Positions 18,492 to 29,330 of a stretch of 64,000 nt of DNA are shown piece by piece (position 1 is the first letter of the stretch; every line of letters begins with the position of its first letter). The notes below the pieces were generated by a model that was not told the DNA's origin, ran no database searches, and saw nothing but the letters and a program-made list of their open reading frames with translations. The DNA is taken from the IMG/VR virus record IMGVR_UViG_3300037722_001090; one strand, written 5' to 3'. The DNA comes from a virus (lineage: Duplodnaviria > Caudoviricetes). The translations under genes were made by a program, and so were the position numbers.

Positions 18492-20915
18492 ATGCTACAA
18501 TATTCTATACAGGCAATTACAACTAAAAACATAGCACAATTTAAGTATGGTTTATATTCAGCGATGAGTGTTAATATGCTAAAATATAATCATGATAGTT
18601 CCGCTATGATTAGGCTGTTAAGTTGCTTTACAGATACGTCTAATGAGGTACTTGAAGATCTTAACTATCAGTTTAGGTTAAACTTAAAGGCACTTGAGTT
18701 TATTAATATTGACAGGCTATGTGGCTATTTAATTTCATCTATACCTAACTTCTCTCTAGATAATCCAGAAGACAGATTACTTTCAGGATATTCAAGGTAC
18801 ACAGATAAGTGGTATATACTTGGTAGTATAGACAAGAAAAGTGACTTTATTAGACATTCACTTCCAGTCGACTCTTTCTTTAGTTCTATGACTATAACTA
18901 AAAATACAACAAGGGTTATTGCTTATCCATATGCTAAAGAGCCGGTTGGCTTAAGTGTACAAAATAGCGCAGTTACCATTCGCCCTATATCTGGATTTAA
19001 TTTACTTTCACGAGAAAATCAATATCCATTATCAATAACACTTTTTGGTATAGATATGTATGGTGAAGATATTGAAGAAGAGATATTTATTCAAGCAACT
19101 ATCGATTATGTATCAGAAAAGGCATTTAGTAAAATTGAATATGTCATGCTTAAGAATTCTAAGTACGCTGTTAATATAGATATCTATCCGTATATAAATG
19201 GAGAAATTGTTTTATGGGATAAGACGTTTATTGATAGAGAAGAGCTAGATGAACACAGCACTATACTTACTGTTGATACATTAAAGCAAAAACTTAACTT
19301 CAATACATTAAGAGAAAATAAAGGTGAGTATCCATATAGTTACGATATCAGTAAGACTGTAGATTTAGAGGTTGGGAACGATGAACTATCTATAGCACAT
19401 TTTATTGATATTAATAATAGACTCCTATATCTATCAACAGAAAAAGAGACATCTGAACAAATAGAAATTCCACAATATGAGCTAGATGATAATTTCGAAC
19501 GAACAGGAGTGACGGATGCATATGAATATGGTTTATGGTATGGATACACTCCAGGTAGTCACCTATTAGAAGGCGGCAAAGTAAGACTTCATATGGAAGA
19601 TCTTATGTCTACATATGAAATACAAGAATTATACTATGAGTGGCAGGCGGACCTTTCGTTTGAAATGAACTATGCATTTGGCCCTGGAATTGGTAATGTA
19701 AATAGCTGGGTAAGAGTTATTGCTGGAACTACATATTTTATATGGTTTAATCTAAATAATGATGGGTCTATAGTAGCAAGAATTGAAAATGAATCTAGCG
19801 TTGAGACTCTAGACTTATCTCAATTTATAGATACACAAATGGGCACATTAAAGTTCTCTTTAGTGTACGGCATTAGAGATGATGGCACTACAGGCCTGCA
19901 AGAGTATATGAAATGTATTTCTGAAGATGGTCTTACTGAAACATCAGAGTATATTAAAGGTAGTGCTCCTTTCTGGAAACAACCTGTACAACTTCGTGCC
20001 TGGTGGGATAGTATGAACTTCCAGGATGTAAAAATTCCAGGACAATATGATACAGTCATAAATATAAGTAATTTCAAGTATAATATACATCCAGCATCTT
20101 ATGTTATGATAGCAGGATCTGGACCAGAGCCATGGTCGTTATATAATACACTAGATACAGTGGAGGATAATCTTTATTGTTATCCACTTATCGTACCTAC
20201 TATACATGACAATACCTTAGATGCACGTAAGACAGCAAGCCAGTCTATAAAGATTGAATATATAGAAGACTCAGTTAATGAGCAGTTTATATTTTATGTA
20301 TTTCCAACATCGAAGACATTGGATGTAGAGTTTTTAAACATACTAATAAATGATACAATATATGAACAGGATATCTATTTAGATTTAATTAGAGAAAATA
20401 TTGAAACTAACAGATTTATAATACCTTTTTCAGAATTATTTATAGATAGTGATAAGGCTATTGTAGAATTTAAAACATTCGGTAAAACACAAACTGTTCA
20501 ACCAATATTAGTACACAGAACAAAGCTTTCTCCTTTATGGAAAAAAGACATAACTACATATGACCTAATGTTTAAGACAGCACCAGACATAACTGAAGAG
20601 TATGTATCACCAACTATTAATAGCAGTAGAATTCCTTACCTACCAATGGGAGCGTTTGGATGGGGTAAAGAAGGATATGGTGGTACTATAAACTGGAATA
20701 ATGAAACAGGCATTGCAGAAGATGGTGTATTTGGTTATGGTGGATTTAAGAAACCTAATCCAAGTAAATTATTTAAGTTATCTAACGTAGGTAATGTAAT
20801 GTTAGATGGATCAAGAATTGTTAATGTATTCAATAGTTTCTTTTATGATGACACAGATGATATGATAATTACATCAGATACAATTACGCATATAACTTCT
20901 ATTCCAGCATTATAA
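18492..20915 (+). CDS. Putative baseplate/structural protein
   Basis: 807-aa beta-rich acidic ORF in baseplate operon. Confidence 0.45.
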   Translation: MLQYSIQAITTKNIAQFKYGLYSAMSVNMLKYNHDSSAMIRLLSCFTDTSNEVLEDLNYQFRLNLKALEFINIDRLCGYLISSIPNFSLDNPEDRLLSGYSRYTDKWYILGSIDKKSDFIRHSLPVDSFFSSMTITKNTTRVIAYPYAKEPVGLSVQNSAVTIRPISGFNLLSRENQYPLSITLFGIDMYGEDIEEEIFIQATIDYVSEKAFSKIEYVMLKNSKYAVNIDIYPYINGEIVLWDKTFIDREELDEHSTILTVDTLKQKLNFNTLRENKGEYPYSYDISKTVDLEVGNDELSIAHFIDINNRLLYLSTEKETSEQIEIPQYELDDNFERTGVTDAYEYGLWYGYTPGSHLLEGGKVRLHMEDLMSTYEIQELYYEWQADLSFEMNYAFGPGIGNVNSWVRVIAGTTYFIWFNLNNDGSIVARIENESSVETLDLSQFIDTQMGTLKFSLVYGIRDDGTTGLQEYMKCISEDGLTETSEYIKGSAPFWKQPVQLRAWWDSMNFQDVKIPGQYDTVINISNFKYNIHPASYVMIAGSGPEPWSLYNTLDTVEDNLYCYPLIVPTIHDNTLDARKTASQSIKIEYIEDSVNEQFIFYVFPTSKTLDVEFLNILINDTIYEQDIYLDLIRENIETNRFIIPFSELFIDSDKAIVEFKTFGKTQTVQPILVHRTKLSPLWKKDITTYDLMFKTAPDITEEYVSPTINSSRIPYLPMGAFGWGKEGYGGTINWNNETGIAEDGVFGYGGFKKPNPSKLFKLSNVGNVMLDGSRIVNVFNSFFYDDTDDMIITSDTITHITSIPAL

Positions 20916-20944
20916 TAGTAAGAAATATAAAATAAGGACAATAT

Positions 20945-21736
20945 ATGGATTTCGGAATTTGGAACCACCTTGACGAAATGGGGCTTTATTTAAATATAAG
21001 TAGGCTTGAATATGAAACTGATGAGGACTTTTATACTAGAATTAAAAAGTTTAGTAAGTGGAAATTCAAGACAGACTATTATACTCTCGCTCATTCTGTA
21101 CCGTTACAGTTAGGTTTAGATACTGTAAATATGCTTGAGATAACTACAGTTAATGGTAAGAGATTTGTATGTGATATAAATTGGGAATATTTTACACTTG
21201 AAAGCTTTAATGATGATGGATCATCATCAGAATATATTCGTATATATATAAATACACATGCTACTACTGTGCAAAAAGTCCTTGATATTATCAATACGTC
21301 TTCTATTGATTTCCAGTATATAATTTATAATAGTTCTTTTAATAGATATCCATTTAAAAATATCATTAGAAATACAAATACATTTATGTATAAAGATTAT
21401 ATTTCTAATAAAGCATCAAACCTTTCAAATAAAAATATCATTAAGAAAACTTTAAGATCTAATAACAATAGTGTAATTAACAGAGAGGTAAGCTCTCTTC
21501 TTGATTTAAAGAAAAAGGGCGACTATTTTGTAGATTATGAAAATGGATATATAGAAACATATAGTATTATAGATGGACCAATTGATATTTCCTATCAATA
21601 TTATACTCCTAGATTTATTCTAGAATATACAGATGTCAATCTTATTCCAGTAAACGTTATAGCCAAATACGGCATCACAGATGACCTTATTGACATGATA
21701 CCATTTATCTTAGCAAACCAGACATGGGGTGCATAA
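20945..21736 (+). CDS. Baseplate wedge protein (gpI/gp53-like N-terminal motif)
   Basis: LDEMGLYLNISRLEYETDEDFYTRI resembles the LDxxGxxxxxxRxxxETDxxYRxRI wedge motif. Confidence 0.5.
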   Translation: MDFGIWNHLDEMGLYLNISRLEYETDEDFYTRIKKFSKWKFKTDYYTLAHSVPLQLGLDTVNMLEITTVNGKRFVCDINWEYFTLESFNDDGSSSEYIRIYINTHATTVQKVLDIINTSSIDFQYIIYNSSFNRYPFKNIIRNTNTFMYKDYISNKASNLSNKNIIKKTLRSNNNSVINREVSSLLDLKKKGDYFVDYENGYIETYSIIDGPIDISYQYYTPRFILEYTDVNLIPVNVIAKYGITDDLIDMIPFILANQTWGA

Positions 21737-22367
21737 TATGCCTAATGTACAATCTTACAAAGTAAACTGTGCAGATATACTAGACTCAAATGTTGTAAAT
21801 ATATACAACCTAGGGCCTACATTATTATTTGCTATGGACATATTTATATACTCAAGAGTACAAACATCTATTAACTGGATATTGTCTCCCAATACAGATG
21901 GTAGTCCCAAAATACAATTTAGAGTTGATGATAGTCAAACTTTCGATATTATGACTGGTTCTGAGGGAGAATCTTTTTCTAATCCAATTTCTTATTCTAG
22001 AAATACGAACATAGGACCAAATATTAAAAAGATCCCAACACACAATAAAGACTATCAAACAGACGTATCTTTTATTGGTGGGGGTATGAATAGCTCTGCT
22101 GGATCTAACTGGTCATATAGGTTTCCTATTACAAATACGGAAAACGATATATCTTTACAGCTTCATAATCCAGGCCTAAATAATGACTTCTTAAAGCTAG
22201 AGATTTTAATATCTCCATCTACTGATTTTACGCTATTGAATAACTACATGAAAGATGTTACTATTACTGTAGCACCATCACTCTTTAAAGGTCTCAAGTA
22301 TTCATATTTAGACTATGACTCTGAACCAGAAACTCCAACAGCTATTTTAGAAGGTATAAGGTATTAA
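21729..22367 (+). CDS. Hypothetical structural protein
   Basis: 212-aa ORF tightly packed in + strand operon. Confidence 0.4.
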   Translation: MHNMPNVQSYKVNCADILDSNVVNIYNLGPTLLFAMDIFIYSRVQTSINWILSPNTDGSPKIQFRVDDSQTFDIMTGSEGESFSNPISYSRNTNIGPNIKKIPTHNKDYQTDVSFIGGGMNSSAGSNWSYRFPITNTENDISLQLHNPGLNNDFLKLEILISPSTDFTLLNNYMKDVTITVAPSLFKGLKYSYLDYDSEPETPTAILEGIRY

Positions 22368-22368
22368 T

Positions 22369-24576
22369 ATGTCAAGTAATGTTAGCGCAGGACTAGATGT
22401 TCTAAGAAGAGGTGTCTTAGCTGTAATATTGCAGAATACACCAGTTAAGTTTACAGGCATTAAAGAGTCGCTAGATAAATATATAAATAATGGTAGTCCT
22501 GTATTTAGAAGCCTGCTTCATTTAATGAACTTTAATGTGAATACACTATACTCATCACAAGTTAGCGCATCATATCTATTGTCATACATGGATTTCTATT
22601 CTATATATGCACTGATGTATTCTAATTATATTCCTGTTTTTCAAAATCTTAAGAACATATCAAAAAACAAATATACATATATTTATAATCTATATAAAGA
22701 TCTTAATGGGCTAGTAAAAGAGAAGCAAGTATCACAGGATTATCTTTCTGTTATGTACAGTAACTTTCTATTTCCTAGTAATATAGATGTCGCTAATTCT
22801 GGCATGATTAATCGTAGCAATAAATCATCAAAGGCACTTAGTTATAATGGTGTATGTACATTACCAATTAAAAGCATTAAGAGAATTCTTCCTTCCTCTA
22901 TTACTTTTTTTAGTAATGATGGTACAGTAAATGTAAGCAAAAGCATAACTGGAGCAGATTATTTTTCATATGAAATTTTAAGAAAACAAAACAATAAAGT
23001 TGGTATCGTAAGATCAGATGGAGTCAAAAAAGCTAGTGATATAGTTGGTGGCATACCAGATGTTAAAGGTACTATCTTTGGATATTTTGCTGATTTGATT
23101 TACGTTGAAGTAACCAACATAAATAAAGATGAAAGTGCTAATATAGTATCAGTAGAAATTAAGTGTTCTACAAACGGAAATGATTGGTCTGATCCATATG
23201 ATGTAAATATAAATATTCCTACAAAAATTATTATTGAAGATAATATTGAATTAGGACTAGAGATAAACTTTTTCGAAGGCATGTCTATATCGATAAGCAA
23301 TAGATGGAAAATAGAAGTCAGTAATGTACAGATAACAGATCCGCAATTAGCAGTCACTATAGGTTTTGATATATTAGAGCCAGTTTCTCATATTAAGTAT
23401 ATGGACACAAGCTCATATAGGTTAAATATAATTTCTAGTTCTATTGATAGAAACAGGTTTAGTTCAGAGAACTCTGATGCAACTGTATTTGATGGTAGAA
23501 TTGGACATGTTATTGTATGCCAAGGTGAAATAAATAAATATAAAACCATACTAGAACAAAGTGATTGTGACATTAAATCAAAAGATGGAGAATTATTCTT
23601 TAAATATGATTTTAAATTAGCTAACATAGAAGGCTTTATTTCTAAATACGAGAGACATGGATCAGGAGTGTTTAATCCTGTAAAAGCTGAAAAGATTAGT
23701 ACTGTATCTGTTAATGCAAACTGTCTTATTCCTGATTACTCACCAATAAACATAGAGTATGATGAAACTATAGAAGACCAAGCAAGTAAAATTAGAGTAC
23801 CTAAGTCCGAGTCAATCTTTAATATCATAGCAGAAACAAATATAAGCAAGGTTATAATTCCTATACTACCAACAAATACTATAACTAGTATTAAGTATCT
23901 TGGAAACAAAGAAACAAACACCATAGTTAATGTAAGTAATGAGCTTATCTTGCTAGCTAAGAAAAATGATAGAGTAATAATTAAAGAGGCTATTGACCCA
24001 GGTAATGGCGGTACATATGCATTTAATGGTTACGTTTGGGTTAAGATATCAGAAGATGAACGACAAGACATTGCTCTTATTTTTGAAAATGTAGTTCCTG
24101 ATAAAATTGACCACAATGAATCATTTGGTAATATTGAATATGCACCAGCTAAATATACACCAAGATTTCCAGTTGATGAGACATATGATATTAAATCAGG
24201 ACGACACATACTCGCATTTAGTTCAGAGAAAATGATTGAGTCTGCATCGGATTATATTAATAGTACTAATACATTAACTATATCTGAATATTTCATGAAA
24301 GATACTCATTCTATATATTATGCTGTAAGTATAAATGGTATTACAGATATTTTAGATATCGTACCAAACGATAAATGGATCCAGGCAGCAAGTGACATTT
24401 ACTATACATATTATATGGATGAAAACCAAAATGTTCACTTAGCATTAAGATCTAAAAACTCCGAAGGAATATTAATGCCCTTTACTGGTCAGATTAGCGG
24501 CCAAGTAGAGATGTCATCTATAGATGACGAGTACATTACTCCAATGTTGTTTGAATATACTTTAGGGATAATTTAA
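22369..24576 (+). CDS. Putative baseplate/tail structural protein
   Basis: 735 aa, helical N-terminus then beta-sandwich-like sequence; ends YITPMLFEYTLG, similar in style to the two following genes. Confidence 0.45.
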   Translation: MSSNVSAGLDVLRRGVLAVILQNTPVKFTGIKESLDKYINNGSPVFRSLLHLMNFNVNTLYSSQVSASYLLSYMDFYSIYALMYSNYIPVFQNLKNISKNKYTYIYNLYKDLNGLVKEKQVSQDYLSVMYSNFLFPSNIDVANSGMINRSNKSSKALSYNGVCTLPIKSIKRILPSSITFFSNDGTVNVSKSITGADYFSYEILRKQNNKVGIVRSDGVKKASDIVGGIPDVKGTIFGYFADLIYVEVTNINKDESANIVSVEIKCSTNGNDWSDPYDVNINIPTKIIIEDNIELGLEINFFEGMSISISNRWKIEVSNVQITDPQLAVTIGFDILEPVSHIKYMDTSSYRLNIISSSIDRNRFSSENSDATVFDGRIGHVIVCQGEINKYKTILEQSDCDIKSKDGELFFKYDFKLANIEGFISKYERHGSGVFNPVKAEKISTVSVNANCLIPDYSPINIEYDETIEDQASKIRVPKSESIFNIIAETNISKVIIPILPTNTITSIKYLGNKETNTIVNVSNELILLAKKNDRVIIKEAIDPGNGGTYAFNGYVWVKISEDERQDIALIFENVVPDKIDHNESFGNIEYAPAKYTPRFPVDETYDIKSGRHILAFSSEKMIESASDYINSTNTLTISEYFMKDTHSIYYAVSINGITDILDIVPNDKWIQAASDIYYTYYMDENQNVHLALRSKNSEGILMPFTGQISGQVEMSSIDDEYITPMLFEYTLGII

Positions 24577-24577
24577 T

Positions 24578-26899
24578 ATGGCAAAGCAAGGAAGCATTAT
24601 CTATAAGGACGAATTAGAGCAAGGCTTTAATTTAATCCAAAGCATAAGTGATACACTTTATTCAGACATAGTATCTGGATTTAATAATAGCAATATTCTA
24701 TATAGTATGTCATCTATACTTGAAGATATTGTTCTTGATAAGTATCTAGCATTATTCAATACTGCAAAGGCAATAAATATCAGTAATGTATTGAGGAACA
24801 ATGTTATTATAGAATCATTTACATCTAGAGATTTCTATGACTTAGATTTTCCTGTAGACAAACAACTTAACCTAGATACGCAAAATGGAGATTTAATATT
24901 ACCGATTAAGTCAACTAGAAATCTAAAGGTTTCTAGCATTATTGTTAATATAGAAAGTAATGGCAAGTTCGGCAATTCACTAGAGGGTGGTAAGAATAGT
25001 GATGTAAATGTAATCTTAAATAATGGGTCTAGCGAAATGCTAGAATATGAATTAATTACTAACTCTTGGAAATCACCTACTCTATATTTTGCAGCAACAT
25101 TAAAGCTTACAAGTGAAGAGATCGCCAATGGTTTATATATTAAAACATATGCTGAAGATGGAACACTTTATCCTAAGATTGACAAGGTAACAGTTTCTTT
25201 AGACGGAGAAACATGGACAGATCTTCCTTCTGTTATAGATATAAATAAAGCAGATTACTTTATTAGATTTAAGGCAAAGAAGATTAGATTTGTTAAGATT
25301 ATTCTTTCTCAAACTACATACTATAAAGCTACTACTCCTTTTGGAATTAAGAACAGATACCTTATTGGCCTTAGAGAAGTTTCAGTAAAACAAACAACCT
25401 ATGAAGAAAAAGGCGAGTATGTATCAAAACCATTTTCAAGTGGTAAGGTAATTAATGGTATTATATTTAATTCACTAGAAGAGTCAAATTTAGATATTAG
25501 TTATTTTACTAGTGCCGACAATGGATCAAGATGGGTTCGTATAACACCAAAACAGTTGTTAGTATTAAACAATATAGACTTTGGCTTAAATGGCAATATA
25601 GATATTAACTCAATAAGAATAAGAGTTCTTATGCACAGAACATTACTACCTAATTCAAAGACAACTATTGACCAAATGAATGTTAATTCAGCAAGTACAT
25701 ATATTCTTAAAAACAAACCTATAAGTGCAGATTCAGTACAGGCATGGATTGGTGGACATATTACTTGTGGTGATGGTGTAGAGTATGAAATTAACACTAG
25801 AGATACAAGTGTGGTAGATAAAGAAATTTTAGATCAAGCAAAATGTATACTTGATAAAAAAGTTAATTATGCAGCTATTTTAAAATATGTACCATGGTAC
25901 CTAAATATAGAGAATGATATTATTTTAAAAATGAACGGAATAACAATTAAGAATGATAGATTAATATGGAATATTATAAGTCATCCAAATCCGTCGCACT
26001 CAATATTAGTTATTAACCAAGATGCATTTCTAAGCGGTAGTGTACCAACAGCACAAGTAAGTATTATTTTTAAGCCTTTTTGGCATGACAATAGAACATT
26101 TAAGACACAGACAATTAAATTGCAGCCCACTAAGCCCGCATTAGTTCCATCTAAAGAGGGTATTAATGTTATCGCAATGCAATACTCTGATATTGCCGTT
26201 ACTAGTGCATCAAATCAACTAGCATTTGACGGACTAGCTGAAACTTCAGTTACTTTAGAAGGTAAGACTGATATTGATAGCCTTAGTTGCTGGCTAATTG
26301 AAACAGGACAAATTGATAAGGCAGTATGTCCAAAGCAGTATATTTTAACTCCACACGATAATGACAGCAATGATTGGTCGCTCAATCCTTCAGCATGGGT
26401 GTTTGAGGGCTCCGTAAATGGCACTAGCTGGGTTTTAATAGATAAGCAAGACATTGGCCTTACTCAGTGGACAAATAAGCCTAAGGCGTTTAAATTAGAT
26501 AACGATTGTTATTTTAAGTTCTTTAGATTTAGATTTACAGAAAACTCAACATCATATAATGATACAACCTTTCAGATTGCAAATATCTCAATTTTTGAAG
26601 GTATTCCTCTACAGCTTAAGAAAGCAGACTTTGATGTTATTGATAGGTGGACAATTGAAATTAAAAAAGATAGCTATAGTCCACGATGGGACTATTTAGT
26701 TGAATACGCACCTTGTGCTGATATAAGTAGGTATTTACCAGATACAATTAGTGGTAACTCAATACCAATGCTAGGGTTACCTCAGCCACCATTAACATGT
26801 AAGTTAAGTTTTACGTATAAGTATCAAGATTTAGATTCAAAAGAGGGTGAAGAATATTATACACCTAACTGCAAAGAGTATAGGATTGAAATGATATGA
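24578..26899 (+). CDS. Structural protein with discoidin (F5/8 type C)-like carbohydrate-binding domains
   Basis: VTVSLDGETWT...IRFVKII and PSAWVFEGSVNGTSWVLID...FKFFRFRF patterns. Confidence 0.55.
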   Translation: MAKQGSIIYKDELEQGFNLIQSISDTLYSDIVSGFNNSNILYSMSSILEDIVLDKYLALFNTAKAINISNVLRNNVIIESFTSRDFYDLDFPVDKQLNLDTQNGDLILPIKSTRNLKVSSIIVNIESNGKFGNSLEGGKNSDVNVILNNGSSEMLEYELITNSWKSPTLYFAATLKLTSEEIANGLYIKTYAEDGTLYPKIDKVTVSLDGETWTDLPSVIDINKADYFIRFKAKKIRFVKIILSQTTYYKATTPFGIKNRYLIGLREVSVKQTTYEEKGEYVSKPFSSGKVINGIIFNSLEESNLDISYFTSADNGSRWVRITPKQLLVLNNIDFGLNGNIDINSIRIRVLMHRTLLPNSKTTIDQMNVNSASTYILKNKPISADSVQAWIGGHITCGDGVEYEINTRDTSVVDKEILDQAKCILDKKVNYAAILKYVPWYLNIENDIILKMNGITIKNDRLIWNIISHPNPSHSILVINQDAFLSGSVPTAQVSIIFKPFWHDNRTFKTQTIKLQPTKPALVPSKEGINVIAMQYSDIAVTSASNQLAFDGLAETSVTLEGKTDIDSLSCWLIETGQIDKAVCPKQYILTPHDNDSNDWSLNPSAWVFEGSVNGTSWVLIDKQDIGLTQWTNKPKAFKLDNDCYFKFFRFRFTENSTSYNDTTFQIANISIFEGIPLQLKKADFDVIDRWTIEIKKDSYSPRWDYLVEYAPCADISRYLPDTISGNSIPMLGLPQPPLTCKLSFTYKYQDLDSKEGEEYYTPNCKEYRIEMI

Positions 26900-29049
26900 G
26901 AGAAATAATTCTTAGACAAATCATTGAAGATAAGTTTAGAAGAGGTATTAAGTCACAAAGTGCTTGCCCTAGGTTTGTAGATATTTACAACTCAGCATTA
27001 ACAGCATTAGCTGAAGTAACTGATACAAGTAAAATACCAGGAATTACATTTAAATCTAGAACATCAGCATCAACTTACAATACGTCAATAGAAACAATTA
27101 AGTCTTGGTTTTCTATTGCAAGTGGTGCAATGAGAGAGATGGTTAGTGACTATGAAAAACTATCTAATGACTATAATGACATATCTACTAGAATTTTTAA
27201 TGAAACAAATGAGTTTAAAAATACAATTAATAGTATAATGAATTACTCTTGTATTTATTGCTCACCTAACTATTCTAATCAAACAGATAGTTCTGTAGCA
27301 GGGAAAATTGGTAATTATATTACATTGCCATTTTATATTAGAACTACAGAAATGTATAATGGTGGTGCAGCATTTAATGTATTTTCTTCAGGTACAATTA
27401 TTTTCTCAAACACAGATAGAATAACTTCTGTTCCTCTAGTAGAGCCGTTATCGTTAAAAGTAATCTCTAGCAATAATATTGGTCAAACGACAATAAATAT
27501 AACAGTTAATAAAACAACTGCAAATATGATCTATTTTAGATTTATGAATGATATAATAAAATGCAAATTAATTTTATTCAAAGACAAAGTAAAAGTATAT
27601 GAGAAAGTATCTAATAACGGAGAAGTTTTAGCAAATTTCTATCCTCAAGAATTTGACTATATTTCTATTCTTGTTGATTACAATAATGTAAATACAGATA
27701 AGCCATTCCCTATATATCTAGATGCGTTTGAAATATTTAATAAGATTCAGTTTTCTAAATCAGGTAATTTTGAATCTAAACCATACTTTTTAAATAAATC
27801 ATCATCTATTGATAATATTGGTCTTACATATAATAGTTCTGGTGATTCTAATGCGACAACTACTACTAATCTTATTTCTATTTCAAGCAAAGCAGATGGA
27901 TTAGTTTATAATAAAGTAGAAGATAATGATACTATAGATGTATCATCATATAAATTTAGACATGCAACTAATTTTACTGGACTATCAGACCCATACTCAG
28001 TTAGAGTAATAGGGGACAGAAGCTTCTTTGAGTTAAGTATAGACGAGCTAGATAATGATTTATGGAATATGAACTTTGAGCATGCTGTTGTTTTCCATGG
28101 AATAAACTCTGACTTTTCAGAAGATAACGAGGCGGGTACTGGATATTATGGTCAGCCATATGAGAACTGGACAAAGACTGGTGTTTATTGGAGATCAATG
28201 ATTTTTGTCACAGATGATGAGGCTTGGATTGATATTGGAAAATCTACATGCTTAATAAACGGCACTACTCGTACAGGTAAGTTCAAAATGCCTAAAGGTA
28301 TATCTATGATAGATGTACATGAAAAAGATATAGATTTTAATTTAGGTAAACAAGTTATAAATGATCTTTCTAGAAAAGATGACATATTAAGCGATCCTTT
28401 ATATCCATTTAATTTCGCATATATGTTTTCTGGATTACCAGAATATGACTCAAATGGAGATAAGGAAGGTAAGCTTCTTAGGCAATTTAATGTAACTGGT
28501 GTAACTACATTATTTTTAAATGAACCATTTATACCTATGTCACTAGACGTTCTTGATGTCAATCAAGTAGAGCCATATAGGTTGCAATTGACAGCTGGTG
28601 TTTCAACACCAGGAACATATAGTATAGAACCTTATTCTGGAAAGATTAAGATTTATCCAGCAATAGATGGTCCTACAAATATCCAAGTTTACTATAGACG
28701 GGCATCATTTTTTAGAAGACCAGTTGGCGTTATGTTTAATCGGTTATTAACATTTATGCCGATCAAAGCTCTAATTGGAATGCAGGGCGTAACGGAAGAT
28801 CAAGCGAACTATAAATATGTATTTGATAATGAATCTTTTTTTACCTTAGATGGAAGTACACAGTCTAGAAAACTACTACTACAAGATGTATCAAGTACTG
28901 ATAGTTTTACAGGAAATAAAATACAACATTCACAGGTTATATATAATAGAACGGATGAGAATTTTTACGTTTCAGCTAAAATTGAAATGGAAACTATTAA
29001 TAGATATATGTCTCCTATAGTAAGAGATATTTATATCTCGGTAGGATAA
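26896..29049 (+). CDS. Putative baseplate/tail structural protein
   Basis: 717 aa, ATGA overlap with previous gene; GNFESKPY motif parallels GEYVSKPF in previous gene; ends SPIVRDIYI. Confidence 0.45.
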   Translation: MREIILRQIIEDKFRRGIKSQSACPRFVDIYNSALTALAEVTDTSKIPGITFKSRTSASTYNTSIETIKSWFSIASGAMREMVSDYEKLSNDYNDISTRIFNETNEFKNTINSIMNYSCIYCSPNYSNQTDSSVAGKIGNYITLPFYIRTTEMYNGGAAFNVFSSGTIIFSNTDRITSVPLVEPLSLKVISSNNIGQTTINITVNKTTANMIYFRFMNDIIKCKLILFKDKVKVYEKVSNNGEVLANFYPQEFDYISILVDYNNVNTDKPFPIYLDAFEIFNKIQFSKSGNFESKPYFLNKSSSIDNIGLTYNSSGDSNATTTTNLISISSKADGLVYNKVEDNDTIDVSSYKFRHATNFTGLSDPYSVRVIGDRSFFELSIDELDNDLWNMNFEHAVVFHGINSDFSEDNEAGTGYYGQPYENWTKTGVYWRSMIFVTDDEAWIDIGKSTCLINGTTRTGKFKMPKGISMIDVHEKDIDFNLGKQVINDLSRKDDILSDPLYPFNFAYMFSGLPEYDSNGDKEGKLLRQFNVTGVTTLFLNEPFIPMSLDVLDVNQVEPYRLQLTAGVSTPGTYSIEPYSGKIKIYPAIDGPTNIQVYYRRASFFRRPVGVMFNRLLTFMPIKALIGMQGVTEDQANYKYVFDNESFFTLDGSTQSRKLLLQDVSSTDSFTGNKIQHSQVIYNRTDENFYVSAKIEMETINRYMSPIVRDIYISVG

Positions 29050-29051
29050 TT

Positions 29052-29330
29052 ATGAATAACGATTATTATGTAGAGCAAGACTTTAACTTGGATGCACAGT
29101 TAATTCAACCAAGTATTAAGACACAGGTACTTAATGGTATAAAACAAAGAATTACAGATCAATATTTAAGTACTGAAAACAAAGATATATTAGCTGTATT
29201 AGATGCGCAGACACAGATAATAGAAGATGCATATAAGATAGATATGTATAAGTTCCAATTCAAGCTATTAATTAACATCTTAAATAAAGAGCTTGATAAT
29301 ATAAAAACAATCCTACTATATGAAATGTAA
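29052..29330 (+). CDS. Hypothetical helical protein
   Basis: 92-aa ORF in operon. Confidence 0.4.
   Translation: MNNDYYVEQDFNLDAQLIQPSIKTQVLNGIKQRITDQYLSTENKDILAVLDAQTQIIEDAYKIDMYKFQFKLLINILNKELDNIKTILLYEM

Noticed and set aside
28743-28752. GTTATTAACA inside the 717-aa structural gene as an internal promoter
   Set aside because: About one copy is expected by chance and it is about 300 nt from the next start; left unassigned
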